IMG/VR virus record: IMGVR_UViG_3300046665_000361
Coordinates: 29,011-93,010 of that record
DNA length: 64,000 nucleotides
Origin: a virus
Direction: 5' to 3' (one strand)
Shown here one piece after another: positions 20,775 through 29,960 of the stretch. A model generated the notes under the pieces. It had not been told where the DNA came from, ran no database searches, and was given only the letters and a program-made list of their open reading frames with translations. Each line of letters opens with the position of its first letter. The first letter of the stretch is position 1. A program made the translations under genes and the position numbers.

Positions 20775-21614
20775 ATGTCTCTGCAAGTAGCGCGTTCTCG
20801 TAGTCTGGAACCACTGTATGTGCATCAAGCTTTTGCTGTACTCTTTCCTGAACATAAAGTGCCTACTTATCCAGAAGTTGATATCGACCCAGTTCTGCTG
20901 GCCGAAGTCTTCGCTGAGGAAGAAGTGCGTTTCCAGAAGGGTGTTATTCCAGTGATGGGGCAAAACATGCAAACTGAAACAAAGAAAGCAAGTCTGGACG
21001 AGCTGGTGGAACTCGGTCTGTTGACCGCCAATCCGCTGCTGCCATTCGGCGAACCAGCTCCACCAGTCGATATGTCTGTAAATGCTGCGGTATTCAGCAT
21101 GACTGTCGACGGTGTATCTCCGGCGCGGATTGCTAAAACACCAATGCCTGAGTTAGGCAATATTCCCACAAGCCTGTACTTCCTTGGCTGGCGTGCGCCT
21201 AAACCGATGACTGAACCCCAGGTCTTTCATCGGCTGCCCGCTGAGCTGAAGGATGCTATCACCCCAAACTCCGAATACCACGAAGAGTTTGAGCGGCGGT
21301 CCTACGACATCTCTGTTGAACAGGCTGCTGCAAACCGTGCTGTTGATCGCCGTATCTTTGATCACGCTACACGCGAGTGGCTGGCAATGATCAATGAGAT
21401 GGATGCAGTCAATGTTGAGCTTGAGGTCATGTCAGGCAATGGCATCAAGATGGCCAGCAATATCGGCGGTATCCTTTACGTCGAAGGTCTGATGAATGCG
21501 GTGGCCAACGAGCTTGAGCGGCTCGGTTACCGCGTGTCTTACGAAGTCGATACAAACACTCTGCTGCTCGATCTGAAGAGCGGTACGTTCCACTGGGGTG
21601 TGCAGGGCGAATAA
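20775..21614 (+). CDS. Hypothetical protein
   Basis: AGGAG SD; 279 aa. Confidence 0.75.
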   Translation: MSLQVARSRSLEPLYVHQAFAVLFPEHKVPTYPEVDIDPVLLAEVFAEEEVRFQKGVIPVMGQNMQTETKKASLDELVELGLLTANPLLPFGEPAPPVDMSVNAAVFSMTVDGVSPARIAKTPMPELGNIPTSLYFLGWRAPKPMTEPQVFHRLPAELKDAITPNSEYHEEFERRSYDISVEQAAANRAVDRRIFDHATREWLAMINEMDAVNVELEVMSGNGIKMASNIGGILYVEGLMNAVANELERLGYRVSYEVDTNTLLLDLKSGTFHWGVQGE

Positions 21615-21616
21615 TT

Positions 21617-21646
21617 GCATAGCGGGGCGTGAGCCCCGCTGTATGC
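21617..21646. repeat. Hairpin family copy
   Basis: GCATAGCGGGGC-GTGA-GCCCCGCTGTATGC. Confidence 0.7.
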
Positions 21647-21670
21647 GTTCTAATAAGTAAGGAGTAGTAC

Positions 21671-22036
21671 ATGAGCAAGACAAGAATGCTGTTTCCTCGT
21701 AACCTGACCGAAGATCGTGTCAGAACACCTGATCAATTGCTGGCTCGTATTCATGAGCAGTTGAATCCTGAGGAGATGAAGCGTTTCAAACTCTTCGCTG
21801 GTTATTTCCACCGTGATCGTTTCTACGTACCCGAGATCGTCGCAGAACGATGGGTAGAAGAAGCTCACAGCGCCATCCCTACTCTTTCCCCCGGTGACCT
21901 GCGTTATGTCGTGTCTGTGCTCAACGGATACGTCAGCTGGCGTCAGATGCACGCTCGTCGCTGTACTTCCAACATGATGCTTACCAAGATGGGCAAAACT
22001 GTTCGGGCAAAGGCTCCAACTGAAGAAACTGCCTGA
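21671..22036 (+). CDS. Hypothetical protein
   Basis: AAGGAG SD. Confidence 0.7.
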   Translation: MSKTRMLFPRNLTEDRVRTPDQLLARIHEQLNPEEMKRFKLFAGYFHRDRFYVPEIVAERWVEEAHSAIPTLSPGDLRYVVSVLNGYVSWRQMHARRCTSNMMLTKMGKTVRAKAPTEETA

Positions 22037-22057
22037 TACCTACATTGAGGAGTCCGT

Positions 22058-22495
22058 ATGAACGCCGAAGAGTTGCACCAATACACTACCCATTGCCATG
22101 ACTTGGTGTGTGACTTCAGCGCCGATGGTTGCGTACTCGGTGACAAGATTGCCACCCTTCTGGAATATGCTGCCACTCATTCAGCATTTACCTTGATCGT
22201 TGCAATCATCGCAGTTATCGATCAGAGCAAGCACCAGTCGGCATTTGAAGACAAGGGTGATGAGGGCCAGTACATCCATCTTCCTAATGGGAAGAAGTTC
22301 TGGCGGGAAGTCAACACCGATATCGATCCTGAAGCTCCTGAAGACGAACGGTGGTTGTATTACAGTTCTGGCTTTAGCCGTCCTGGCAGCTCCTATCTCT
22401 GCGATGATATCGTTCGAGAACTGGATAGTCTGGTTAATGATTGTGATATCAATCTAAACTTACCCGCATTCTGGGACTACGGTCACGAAGAGTGA
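22058..22495 (+). CDS. Hypothetical protein
   Basis: GAGGAG SD. Confidence 0.7.
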   Translation: MNAEELHQYTTHCHDLVCDFSADGCVLGDKIATLLEYAATHSAFTLIVAIIAVIDQSKHQSAFEDKGDEGQYIHLPNGKKFWREVNTDIDPEAPEDERWLYYSSGFSRPGSSYLCDDIVRELDSLVNDCDINLNLPAFWDYGHEE

Positions 22496-22502
22496 CGGTA
22501 CT

Positions 22503-22545
22503 GGACAGTCCTTCGGGGCTGTCCTTTCACCTTTTTTCTTTTGTT
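22503..22545 (+). terminator. Intrinsic terminator
   Basis: GGACAGTCC-TTCG-GGGCTGTCC followed by a T-rich tract. Confidence 0.75.
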
Positions 22546-22961
22546 CGTAAATGAGTACGATCTATTCCCTTATTGTATGTTCCACTCTGTTTCCATCTTG
22601 AGAAAGGGGAAGAAGGGGTGGAGTTTGTGAAACAAACTCCGGGGTAGTTGGGGATAGAGTAAGATACAATCCGAAAGAAACGAGTGTAACGATGATTCTG
22701 AGGATTAACTATTGGCGACGTTAGTCGCCTAGAGATGTAAAATTTCACAGAAATGACAAATGATACCTTAATATCAAATATACCTAAAATAATCAATAGA
22801 TATCAAGGGAATAATCCCCTAATAACAGGATAGGCTTTTAGGGCCTATCCTGGCTGTATACTCCCTATGCTGCTAGCAGCATCCAATGGGAGTCCTGTTT
22901 ATAACTGTTATATATCTACTTCACGGTAAATGATCTGACCTAATTGACTTGGAGATCCAAA

Positions 22962-23456
22962 ATGTCTACCGAAGATAACGATAGCGCAAAGATCAAGGAG
23001 CTCGCTGAGAGCTCACCGCACAGCGCCATGGAGCCCGATGCTAAGCCCGTTGGTAGTGTGATGATCGAACTACCGTATAACCAACCCTTCGATACTGAAG
23101 TGGTCGGGCTGGTATCCAGCCTGGAATCCAGAGGGTGGACAGTACTCCATCGCTGGAAGAGCCTCCTGTCTACTGAAGACAGTAGCGACGGTATGCTGAC
23201 AGGCAAACCTGTCATTGACAACAGTCAGGCTGTCAACAACGTGATCAACGGCGTAAGCCTACCTCTGATCGATGAGACCTCGACCTACAAGGTCGTTCGC
23301 ATCATCCGTCCTGAGGATCGACTGGAAGGTGGTGATTCGGGTATCTTCTACCTGATGAACGGTAATGGGGATGTGAAGGAATACCTCGAGAACGAGGGGT
23401 TCCTGATCATGGACGATGAGCAGAAGCTGCACCATGCTCTCGTACAAGGGACATAA
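22962..23456 (+). CDS. Hypothetical protein
   Basis: ORF 22944..23456; ATG 22962 lies behind GGAG. Confidence 0.7.
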   Translation: MSTEDNDSAKIKELAESSPHSAMEPDAKPVGSVMIELPYNQPFDTEVVGLVSSLESRGWTVLHRWKSLLSTEDSSDGMLTGKPVIDNSQAVNNVINGVSLPLIDETSTYKVVRIIRPEDRLEGGDSGIFYLMNGNGDVKEYLENEGFLIMDDEQKLHHALVQGT

Positions 23457-23520
23457 AGACCGACCGGGGCAAGCCCGATCGATCCAATGATTCTTTGGTA
23501 ATACATTACCCTCATGAAAG

Positions 23521-24354
23521 TCAGTACCTTGGCTTAGCACCCAGGTTGAGTTTCAAGATCTTGCGATACTGTTCTGTATTGTTCATGGTGGTGATCTTCT
23601 TCCACCGCGTCGTCAGAAAGTCCCAGTACAACTGGCCAGCATCTGCATACGAATCGACAATCTCACGAATCCGACCCAACGTCGAACCACCCCTGATTTG
23701 ACCTTCGTCAAGTTCGATGATCAGGATGTTGTAGATGTAGGCCTTACAGGCGAGCGCTACCATTTCAGCAAACTTGTGGTAGTACGCCGGTTTCAGGTCA
23801 TTGAAGTTGGGTTCGTGAGTCAACGTACACCGGATAGCGGCATTGCCGACAATCTGAGTGATATCGTTGACCAGGATAGTATTGACACCTACCAGCTGTA
23901 CGTAGGACGTACCCATCTGGGTAGTGCCTGCTGTAGCACGTAGAATGTCACGACCAACCTGTAGCATCTGAGAGCCACGCGAATCGTAACCCGTAGTCTG
24001 ACCGGAATATCCAGGTTGCATGCCGTAGATGAGCTCATGGACGGTTACAATGCGTCTTCCGCCCAGCTCGTCACGGTTGAACCGATAAACGATGTTCCAT
24101 TGGTCTACATATTCCCGTGCGGCCATCGCTAGTGGCAGAAACATCTCAGTACCGCCACACAGGTTGGCATCGATCGCAACACGTCCTTCGACTACCAGCT
24201 GACGAATCTGGTGATCGATTGAGGTGGAGGTCACGTTGTCAAAATAGCGGTCTTGCCTTGTAGGGTCGTAGCGCTTTGGAAGGAAGGCTTGTTTCAGAAT
24301 ATCAATGGGGATATCCGCTTTACATTTGAGAATAGCAACAGAAATCGGGTCCAT
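23521..24354 (-). CDS. Conserved, probably virion, protein
   Basis: Minus-strand ORF divergent from phuZ; likely start MDPISVAI at 24354. Confidence 0.6.
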   Translation of the reverse strand: MDPISVAILKCKADIPIDILKQAFLPKRYDPTRQDRYFDNVTSTSIDHQIRQLVVEGRVAIDANLCGGTEMFLPLAMAAREYVDQWNIVYRFNRDELGGRRIVTVHELIYGMQPGYSGQTTGYDSRGSQMLQVGRDILRATAGTTQMGTSYVQLVGVNTILVNDITQIVGNAAIRCTLTHEPNFNDLKPAYYHKFAEMVALACKAYIYNILIIELDEGQIRGGSTLGRIREIVDSYADAGQLYWDFLTTRWKKITTMNNTEQYRKILKLNLGAKPRY

Positions 24355-24424
24355 GGGTCTAACCACCCTGCAATTTAGATGAATCATACCACTGTGAATA
24401 TTCACGTAAACCAGGAGTCACACC

Positions 24425-25408
24425 TTGAACGATCTCATTACTGCAAAAGCAAGCACCATCCGTTTCTGGAATTTCGGTGGTACTGCCATTAACTTGGCGC
24501 GCAGCTATCGTCACGATCAACCTGCCAATCCAATCCAGCAGGCAGAAGAGCTGTTCACTTACGTGGATACCAGCTTCTCCAACCTGGCAGGGGCTGCTGA
24601 TGACGACCTGTTCGTGATCAACGGCGGTAAGGGTCTTGGCAAGGATCAGAAGAAAGGTATCGAGATCTTCAAGAAAGAACTGCCAAACATCATGGCCAAG
24701 AACAAGCCTGGCGTGATCAACGTAGTTGTTCTTGGCATCTCCGGCGGTACTGGTTCGACTGGCGGCCGGATGTGCATCGAGAAACTGCTCGAGGCCGGTG
24801 AGGATGTGTTTGCTATTCTGATCTCGTCTCACGATTCCGACCGCAGCACGGCCAACGCCATCGGTTGTGTTATCAATCTGGAAAAGGCCGTCAAGCGTAC
24901 TGGCCGCCCGCTCGTGGCTTATTACTACGAGAACGACCGTACGCTCTCGCTGCCGAAGAACAACACTGCTCCGCTGTTCGTCATGCGTCTGCTGAGCATC
25001 CTGGCCAGCGGCAAGAACCTGCATCTGGACATCAGCGATGTCAGCAACCTCATCAACTACAACCGGGTTACCAAGTACGATCCCGCACTGTCGTTGCTGG
25101 AAGTGTACGCCGGTGAAGAGATGTTGTTGAAGAACAGCAAGAACCTCATCGGCTTTGCGGCGCTTCTGAAGTCGAAAGAAGAAGTCATGCCGCAGGTCAA
25201 GGCCGCTTACGATACTGTAGGTTACCTGCCTGAAGAAGGCCGTGTGTTTGACAACTCGTTCTACTACACGGTCAGCACCACTGGCTTTGGCAAGATTCTC
25301 GAGAAACTGCGTGGCGATCTCGAGGAATACACCCGAGGCAATCAAGGCTCGGAAACAGTCGCTACGCTGTTGACTGGCGAAGAGGATGAGGAAGATACCG
25401 TCCTGTAA
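24425..25408 (+). CDS. phuZ: Phage tubulin PhuZ
   Basis: GGTAIN N-terminal loop, tubulin signature SGGTGSTG, LDISD T7-like loop, and acidic-then-hydrophobic tail EEDEEDTVL. TTG start with AGGAG SD. Confidence 0.9.
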   Translation: MNDLITAKASTIRFWNFGGTAINLARSYRHDQPANPIQQAEELFTYVDTSFSNLAGAADDDLFVINGGKGLGKDQKKGIEIFKKELPNIMAKNKPGVINVVVLGISGGTGSTGGRMCIEKLLEAGEDVFAILISSHDSDRSTANAIGCVINLEKAVKRTGRPLVAYYYENDRTLSLPKNNTAPLFVMRLLSILASGKNLHLDISDVSNLINYNRVTKYDPALSLLEVYAGEEMLLKNSKNLIGFAALLKSKEEVMPQVKAAYDTVGYLPEEGRVFDNSFYYTVSTTGFGKILEKLRGDLEEYTRGNQGSETVATLLTGEEDEEDTVL

Positions 25409-25422
25409 TCCTCAATAACGTG

Positions 25423-25450
25423 CAGGCGGGGGAAACCTCGCCTGTATGCC
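25423..25450 (+). terminator. Hairpin followed by TATGCC
   Basis: CAGGCGGGG-GAAA-CCTCGCCTG-TATGCC. Confidence 0.65.
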
Positions 25451-25485
25451 CTTAACTGAAATACCTACACCGTTGGAGAAACACC

Positions 25486-25704
25486 ATGAGCTTCTGTATG
25501 ATGTTCGCATGTAGTCAGTGCGACAACCTGGATTCTATCCGGGCTACCGAACAGGATGGCGGTAATGATTACCGTTGTCACCGCTGTATCAAAGGTTACT
25601 GGCACATGTACTTCGCTGAGGAGAAGTACGACCCGTACGAGCACGAAGTCATCAACCGACCCAATACTGAATACAAGGGATGGGGCGCTCCGTCATTCGG
25701 ATAG
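25486..25704 (+). CDS. Small zinc-finger-like protein
   Basis: CSQC...CHRC; GGAG SD. Confidence 0.65.
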   Translation: MSFCMMFACSQCDNLDSIRATEQDGGNDYRCHRCIKGYWHMYFAEEKYDPYEHEVINRPNTEYKGWGAPSFG

Positions 25705-25831
25705 ACGGTAGATTACATTAGGCGCAGTTCGATATTGGGAGGAGTTGTTTCCTCCCATGATGCCTGCTTCTTTTTGTGAAATACATCTTTACTAAGTCTA
25801 CCAATCATGTACTTACGTCAGGAGGTGTTCC

Positions 25832-26188
25832 ATGAGTGAGCCTTACGTGATCGTCGATATTTCAGATACATTGAAGTCTCTGAACAGTCGCGGTGAAGAG
25901 ATCGACCTGGCCGTTATGGAATCGTGGTACGCCAGAATCTATAGCAAGCATCATTGCCTGCAAGCTATCGGCTGTCGTGATTTCAAAGGTAAGGAACTGG
26001 GTTTGATGAGTGAGCGCCTGCGATTGACCATCCTCGCCAAACGGCTGGGTATCGATCCTGCTGCGGACTTACCACCACCTTGTCGTATCTGGCAACAGGA
26101 AGGCGTGTGGTTCCTGATCAAAGATCGTTCTATGTTGATGGGGACAGGCCGTGGAATTGAAAAATGCTGGAGACAGCTGTATCCTTGA
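25832..26188 (+). CDS. Hypothetical protein (small-protein array)
   Basis: AGGAGG SD; starts YVIVDIS. Confidence 0.7.
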   Translation: MSEPYVIVDISDTLKSLNSRGEEIDLAVMESWYARIYSKHHCLQAIGCRDFKGKELGLMSERLRLTILAKRLGIDPAADLPPPCRIWQQEGVWFLIKDRSMLMGTGRGIEKCWRQLYP

Positions 26189-26600
26189 TTTTTCAGAGAT
26201 AGCTGGATATGTGTTTGGGTCGATGGTTCGGTATGATGACACGTTGAATCGCAACGATCGGCGGCGGATTACAAAGATCATCGAAGACATGATCAATGAT
26301 TACATCGATCGTAATCTGATCTGGGCACGGTACAACATCAGCCGAGATCTGGAGTCGGACGTAAAACGGTTCTGGCCCATTATCAAACCTCATCCGAATC
26401 CAAAGCCTGTGATGGCTGAACTTAATGACATGATTGCTGACCTGTTCGCAGATGTCCTTGAGATACCTACCTGGAGGTTGGTTTATCTGCAATTCTACGG
26501 TACTTCTGTAGAAGTAGAGCTCGGCGAAGATTTCAGAATCAAAGACTGGATGGAAAAGTTCGGGGCGGACTTCAACTCCAAACCACCGTCTATCATCTAA
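26151..26600 (+). CDS. Conserved hypothetical protein (small-protein array)
   Basis: Starts CILDFS; has a PTW...GEDFRIKDW C-terminal motif. Confidence 0.7.
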   Translation: MELKNAGDSCILDFSEIAGYVFGSMVRYDDTLNRNDRRRITKIIEDMINDYIDRNLIWARYNISRDLESDVKRFWPIIKPHPNPKPVMAELNDMIADLFADVLEIPTWRLVYLQFYGTSVEVELGEDFRIKDWMEKFGADFNSKPPSII

Positions 26601-26625
26601 TCCCTCTAGCTTAACAAGGTGCATC

Positions 26626-27201
26626 ATGAGTAAGAAAGAATCGGCTACCCCGGCCATCAGCGATTTGGTAAAGATCCGGGATGGTGAATACAGCTTCATG
26701 TTCAACAAACTGCGGATGTTCGTGAGTGCGATCCCTGACGGCCAGCAAGGGTCTGTCACGGTCGACGGCGAAACCGAAAACAACCGGAAGTACTTCATCG
26801 TTGACATTACAGGCCTCGGTCTGGAAAGCGTCGAATCCGAAGTCAACGCAGCTCAGGGCGCGGTACTCGAAGCTGTTCTGAAGAGCGAGTTCTACGACAA
26901 CGGCGATGACCTTCAGGTTCTGTGTGGGTACATCAGCAAGGCTGTGCCGGTACACCGTATCGAAGATGCAGCCGCGATCATCGACCGTTGGTTCACCGAG
27001 AAGCGCGATCAGATCCATGAGCTGTTCGACTTCATCACCGATCTGCGTCCTGCGGCCATTACCGGCTGTGAAGTGGTAAATCGTTACGCGCTGTTGGAAT
27101 TCTCTGAAAGTCTGATTGAACAGCCAGAAGACTTCGGCGCTGTGGATCTCACCGATCTCGATGATGAGCCAGAAGACGAAGTTGAGGAGGAAGGTGAATA
27201 A
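26626..27201 (+). CDS. Acidic hypothetical protein (small-protein array)
   Basis: Internal YFIVDIT and an acidic tail. Confidence 0.7.
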   Translation: MSKKESATPAISDLVKIRDGEYSFMFNKLRMFVSAIPDGQQGSVTVDGETENNRKYFIVDITGLGLESVESEVNAAQGAVLEAVLKSEFYDNGDDLQVLCGYISKAVPVHRIEDAAAIIDRWFTEKRDQIHELFDFITDLRPAAITGCEVVNRYALLEFSESLIEQPEDFGAVDLTDLDDEPEDEVEEEGE

Positions 27202-27203
27202 CC

Positions 27204-27620
27204 ATGGCAGGCTTCCTGTCAAATCCGGGTAAAATTATCATCGAAGTAGACCGCGAATCGATGGCGGCTTTGCGCTCAATGGCGGAGAGTATCCGTTTCA
27301 CTGAGCGCGAAGATTTCATTGAGAAAGTGTGCAGTATCCTGTTGTTGTCCTGGGTACTGTTCGGAGTAGTGGACGAAGTGACGGTAGATGCTTTCGAGCG
27401 GATTGTAGGTACGGTCACTATCCGACCCGGCCAGGCGCAGGACAAACTGTGGGGAGAGTTCCTGCTACTGCGTAAAGTCTTCATGAGCAGACATGGCGAT
27501 CAGGATCTGATCCGACGTTCTCTGGAAGAGCTGATAGGTCATTACGATCTAAGGGTCTTCCCGGAAGAAATGTTTCGGGTACAGTTGTCTCCCCAAGGTT
27601 CAACCATGATGGTGTCGTAA
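27204..27620 (+). CDS. Hypothetical protein (small-protein array)
   Basis: Starts KIIIEVD; coupled to the next gene. Confidence 0.7.
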   Translation: MAGFLSNPGKIIIEVDRESMAALRSMAESIRFTEREDFIEKVCSILLLSWVLFGVVDEVTVDAFERIVGTVTIRPGQAQDKLWGEFLLLRKVFMSRHGDQDLIRRSLEELIGHYDLRVFPEEMFRVQLSPQGSTMMVS

Positions 27621-28039
27621 TGGAAGAAGCTGATTTTATTTACGAGATCGATAAAAGCGCTATCAACGATCTGGTACGGATAGCCAATATCCTGTTGGAA
27701 GAGACTGACGCGTTCAGGGACAAGCCTTACAAGTACGTACTGGCCCATGTGTTGGAAGCAGTCCTCCTCGACTGGGCCTTCATGGATAACACCATGATCG
27801 AAGACTTGTTCCTTGAGATCGATTGTATCAGCGACGGCATGCTCCGTACTCTGTGCAAAAAGATCATGGACCAGTTGGTACAGTGCACGTCCGAGGTCTA
27901 CCCGACACTCAACAACACCAAACTTACAATCATTCAGGAGTACCACAACACGGAGATCGACTTCCTACCCGATGACCGTTTCTTCAACCAAACTGTGCTG
28001 AACGAAAAGCACGGCTTCTTCAAAATAACCTTGAATTGA
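27620..28039 (+). CDS. Hypothetical protein (small-protein array)
   Basis: Starts FIYEID. Confidence 0.7.
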   Translation: MEEADFIYEIDKSAINDLVRIANILLEETDAFRDKPYKYVLAHVLEAVLLDWAFMDNTMIEDLFLEIDCISDGMLRTLCKKIMDQLVQCTSEVYPTLNNTKLTIIQEYHNTEIDFLPDDRFFNQTVLNEKHGFFKITLN

Positions 28040-28048
28040 TGGTGTCCG

Positions 28049-28366
28049 ATGCATGATACTGAATCATTTCTATTCTCCATGACTCGTGTCCGCAGCGTCT
28101 CTGAGGACGCTGTTGAGTTTATGCTGTCCGAGTGTGTGACAGCCCTCATCAACGAAGACCTTGGCCGTATCGGCGAGGCTATCCGCATCCTCATGTACGA
28201 GTACAATGTACGTGAAGAAGACATCGATGCTCTGACAGGCTCGTGCCTCGACAGCATCTCCAACTACGGTATCCATCTGGAGGCCATTCGCCGGAGACTG
28301 TCAGTCAAGGATGTACATTGCCTGGTTAAGAATTCCTACGTCCGACTTACAGTACAGTGGAGATAA
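28049..28366 (+). CDS. Hypothetical protein (small-protein array)
   Basis: Tightly packed ORF in the array. Confidence 0.65.
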   Translation: MHDTESFLFSMTRVRSVSEDAVEFMLSECVTALINEDLGRIGEAIRILMYEYNVREEDIDALTGSCLDSISNYGIHLEAIRRRLSVKDVHCLVKNSYVRLTVQWR

Positions 28367-28369
28367 TAC

Positions 28370-28723
28370 GTGACTGCTACTACCCAAACCCTTATCCTGT
28401 ACGACGAACGTTTGAACCGATTCATCAACACCATTGATCTGGATGAAACTATCAAGACTCTGGGTAGCATCATTGAAGAATTCCGCGATCGGTTTCCAAT
28501 TGCTGATTACAACCTCGTATGGCCTCCAGAGAAACTGGTGATCCCCATGGGGCGGGAAGACTCTTCGTTGAAGGTATTATATCGGGTATTGCATGAATTG
28601 CTGGACTTGAGCGGCTGGCCAGTGACTATTCTGCAACGGATGACGGTATCGAACCATGAGCCAAGAAAAACGACTGTGCTACAGTTATCACCCAAAATCC
28701 AAAGACTCGTCAGACTCAACTAA
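28370..28723 (+). CDS. Hypothetical protein (small-protein array)
   Basis: GTG start behind GGAG. Confidence 0.65.
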   Translation: MTATTQTLILYDERLNRFINTIDLDETIKTLGSIIEEFRDRFPIADYNLVWPPEKLVIPMGREDSSLKVLYRVLHELLDLSGWPVTILQRMTVSNHEPRKTTVLQLSPKIQRLVRLN

Positions 28724-29099
28724 GAAAAGCGCCGCAGAAAGTGTCATCATCGACATTACTGCCGCTGTTCGAAAGTTCATGAATGCTGTAGATAGTCAAG
28801 TAGACAATCTGGGGTATGACGTTAGAGGCATCATTCTCGAGTACTCGGCGTATCGAGATGGTGTTGGGGATGAGATAGACTCCACCCCATTGGCGTTTCA
28901 ATTCTACCGGAATATGTTGGTGGAGGATGAACAGGATGCCAGAACCATTGCCGAGCTTGCTGTAAAGATACTATACCCAAGAATTACCAGTCAAATCAGA
29001 GAGTTAGGTTATATCGCAGGTGCAATTACCCACGTTAGTTACAAGAATGTCCGACGAACTAACAGCCTCCACTGTCAGGTGGTCATGATGGTGGTGTAA
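28656..29099 (+). CDS. Hypothetical protein (small-protein array)
   Basis: Contains SVIIDIT. The start is uncertain because it overlaps the upstream ORF by 68 nt. Confidence 0.6.
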   Translation: MSQEKRLCYSYHPKSKDSSDSTKKSAAESVIIDITAAVRKFMNAVDSQVDNLGYDVRGIILEYSAYRDGVGDEIDSTPLAFQFYRNMLVEDEQDARTIAELAVKILYPRITSQIRELGYIAGAITHVSYKNVRRTNSLHCQVVMMVV

Positions 29100-29117
29100 C
29101 ATCCGCTGGAGTATTAC

Positions 29118-29450
29118 ATGGTGAGATATCAGCAAATCGGGTATTCTCCCGAGTTATACCAAGTTATAGAACAAGTAGCATTCGCCCGTTATCCTCACGA
29201 GATGTATCGTGATGATCATCCAGCCTTTCAAGCCAAAGCCGATCGGGAACGCGAAGACTTTCGTAAGAACCTGATCGCTGGCCTGATCGGTAAAGATGAT
29301 CAGAATGACGGCCCAGGCCTTGCAGGTGAATATCTGGAAGTGCTGTATGAAGCCATCGATGATGATGATCTGAGAGCCTTGATCGAATTCGGCACGCTGG
29401 ATGAGCTGCATTTCGATCAGCATGGCTACTATCTGGCAATCATCGAGTAA
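29118..29450 (+). CDS. Hypothetical protein (small-protein array)
   Basis: GGAG SD. Confidence 0.7.
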   Translation: MVRYQQIGYSPELYQVIEQVAFARYPHEMYRDDHPAFQAKADREREDFRKNLIAGLIGKDDQNDGPGLAGEYLEVLYEAIDDDDLRALIEFGTLDELHFDQHGYYLAIIE

Positions 29451-29465
29451 TAGGAGACACGGCTA

Positions 29466-29861
29466 ATGCTGCTCAATTCCGACAGCCTGGACAAGACGAT
29501 CAGCTTCGAGAGTGTTGCTGGCGAGAAGTTCAACAACCTCAAGTTTACAGAAATCTTCAGCGCCTCGACTGTAATGTCGTTCAAGTTCGATGCGCCTGCC
29601 AAGCACACTCAGTACTTCCCCTACCTGACGGATGGAACACCGGATAGCTATACGGCGTACAAGTACGCCAAGTTCCTGTATCCCGATGGTACGGTGTTGT
29701 ACATGGGCATGCCTTGGGTACGTGCGGATTCGATTGTAGAGAACGATTCTCCCACACGAATTATCACTCTGCCTCCTACCGTCACGAACGATCAGTTCGA
29801 GACCATCAAGTCGTTTCTCACGACCCTCAACATCGATGACTACATGGTCTCGGTGCAGTAA
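29466..29861 (+). CDS. Conserved hypothetical protein (phiKZ gp49 position)
   Basis: H...PYL..GTP..Y and GMPWV motifs; directly upstream of the DNA polymerase. Confidence 0.65.
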   Translation: MLLNSDSLDKTISFESVAGEKFNNLKFTEIFSASTVMSFKFDAPAKHTQYFPYLTDGTPDSYTAYKYAKFLYPDGTVLYMGMPWVRADSIVENDSPTRIITLPPTVTNDQFETIKSFLTTLNIDDYMVSVQ

Positions 29862-29870
29862 GGTCGCCCC

Positions 29871-29911
29871 GCCCCCGCTTCGGCGGGGGTGAGATCGACT
29901 TCTTTTTTTTT
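29871..29911 (+). terminator. Intrinsic terminator
   Basis: GCCCCCGC-TTCG-GCGGGGGT followed by a T tract. Confidence 0.7.
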
Positions 29912-29960
29912 GTTACTAAAGTCACCAATGGTACGATAGTTAACTGATGGGACATAGCGC

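Noticed and set aside
22527-22796. 89-aa minus-strand ORF in the AT-rich island
   Set aside because: Atypical composition and no SD; the region is better read as non-coding.
28656-28723. Gene overlaps at 26151, 28656 and 41046 as further frameshift sites
   Set aside because: No in-frame slippery heptamer was found, and alternative starts explain the overlaps.
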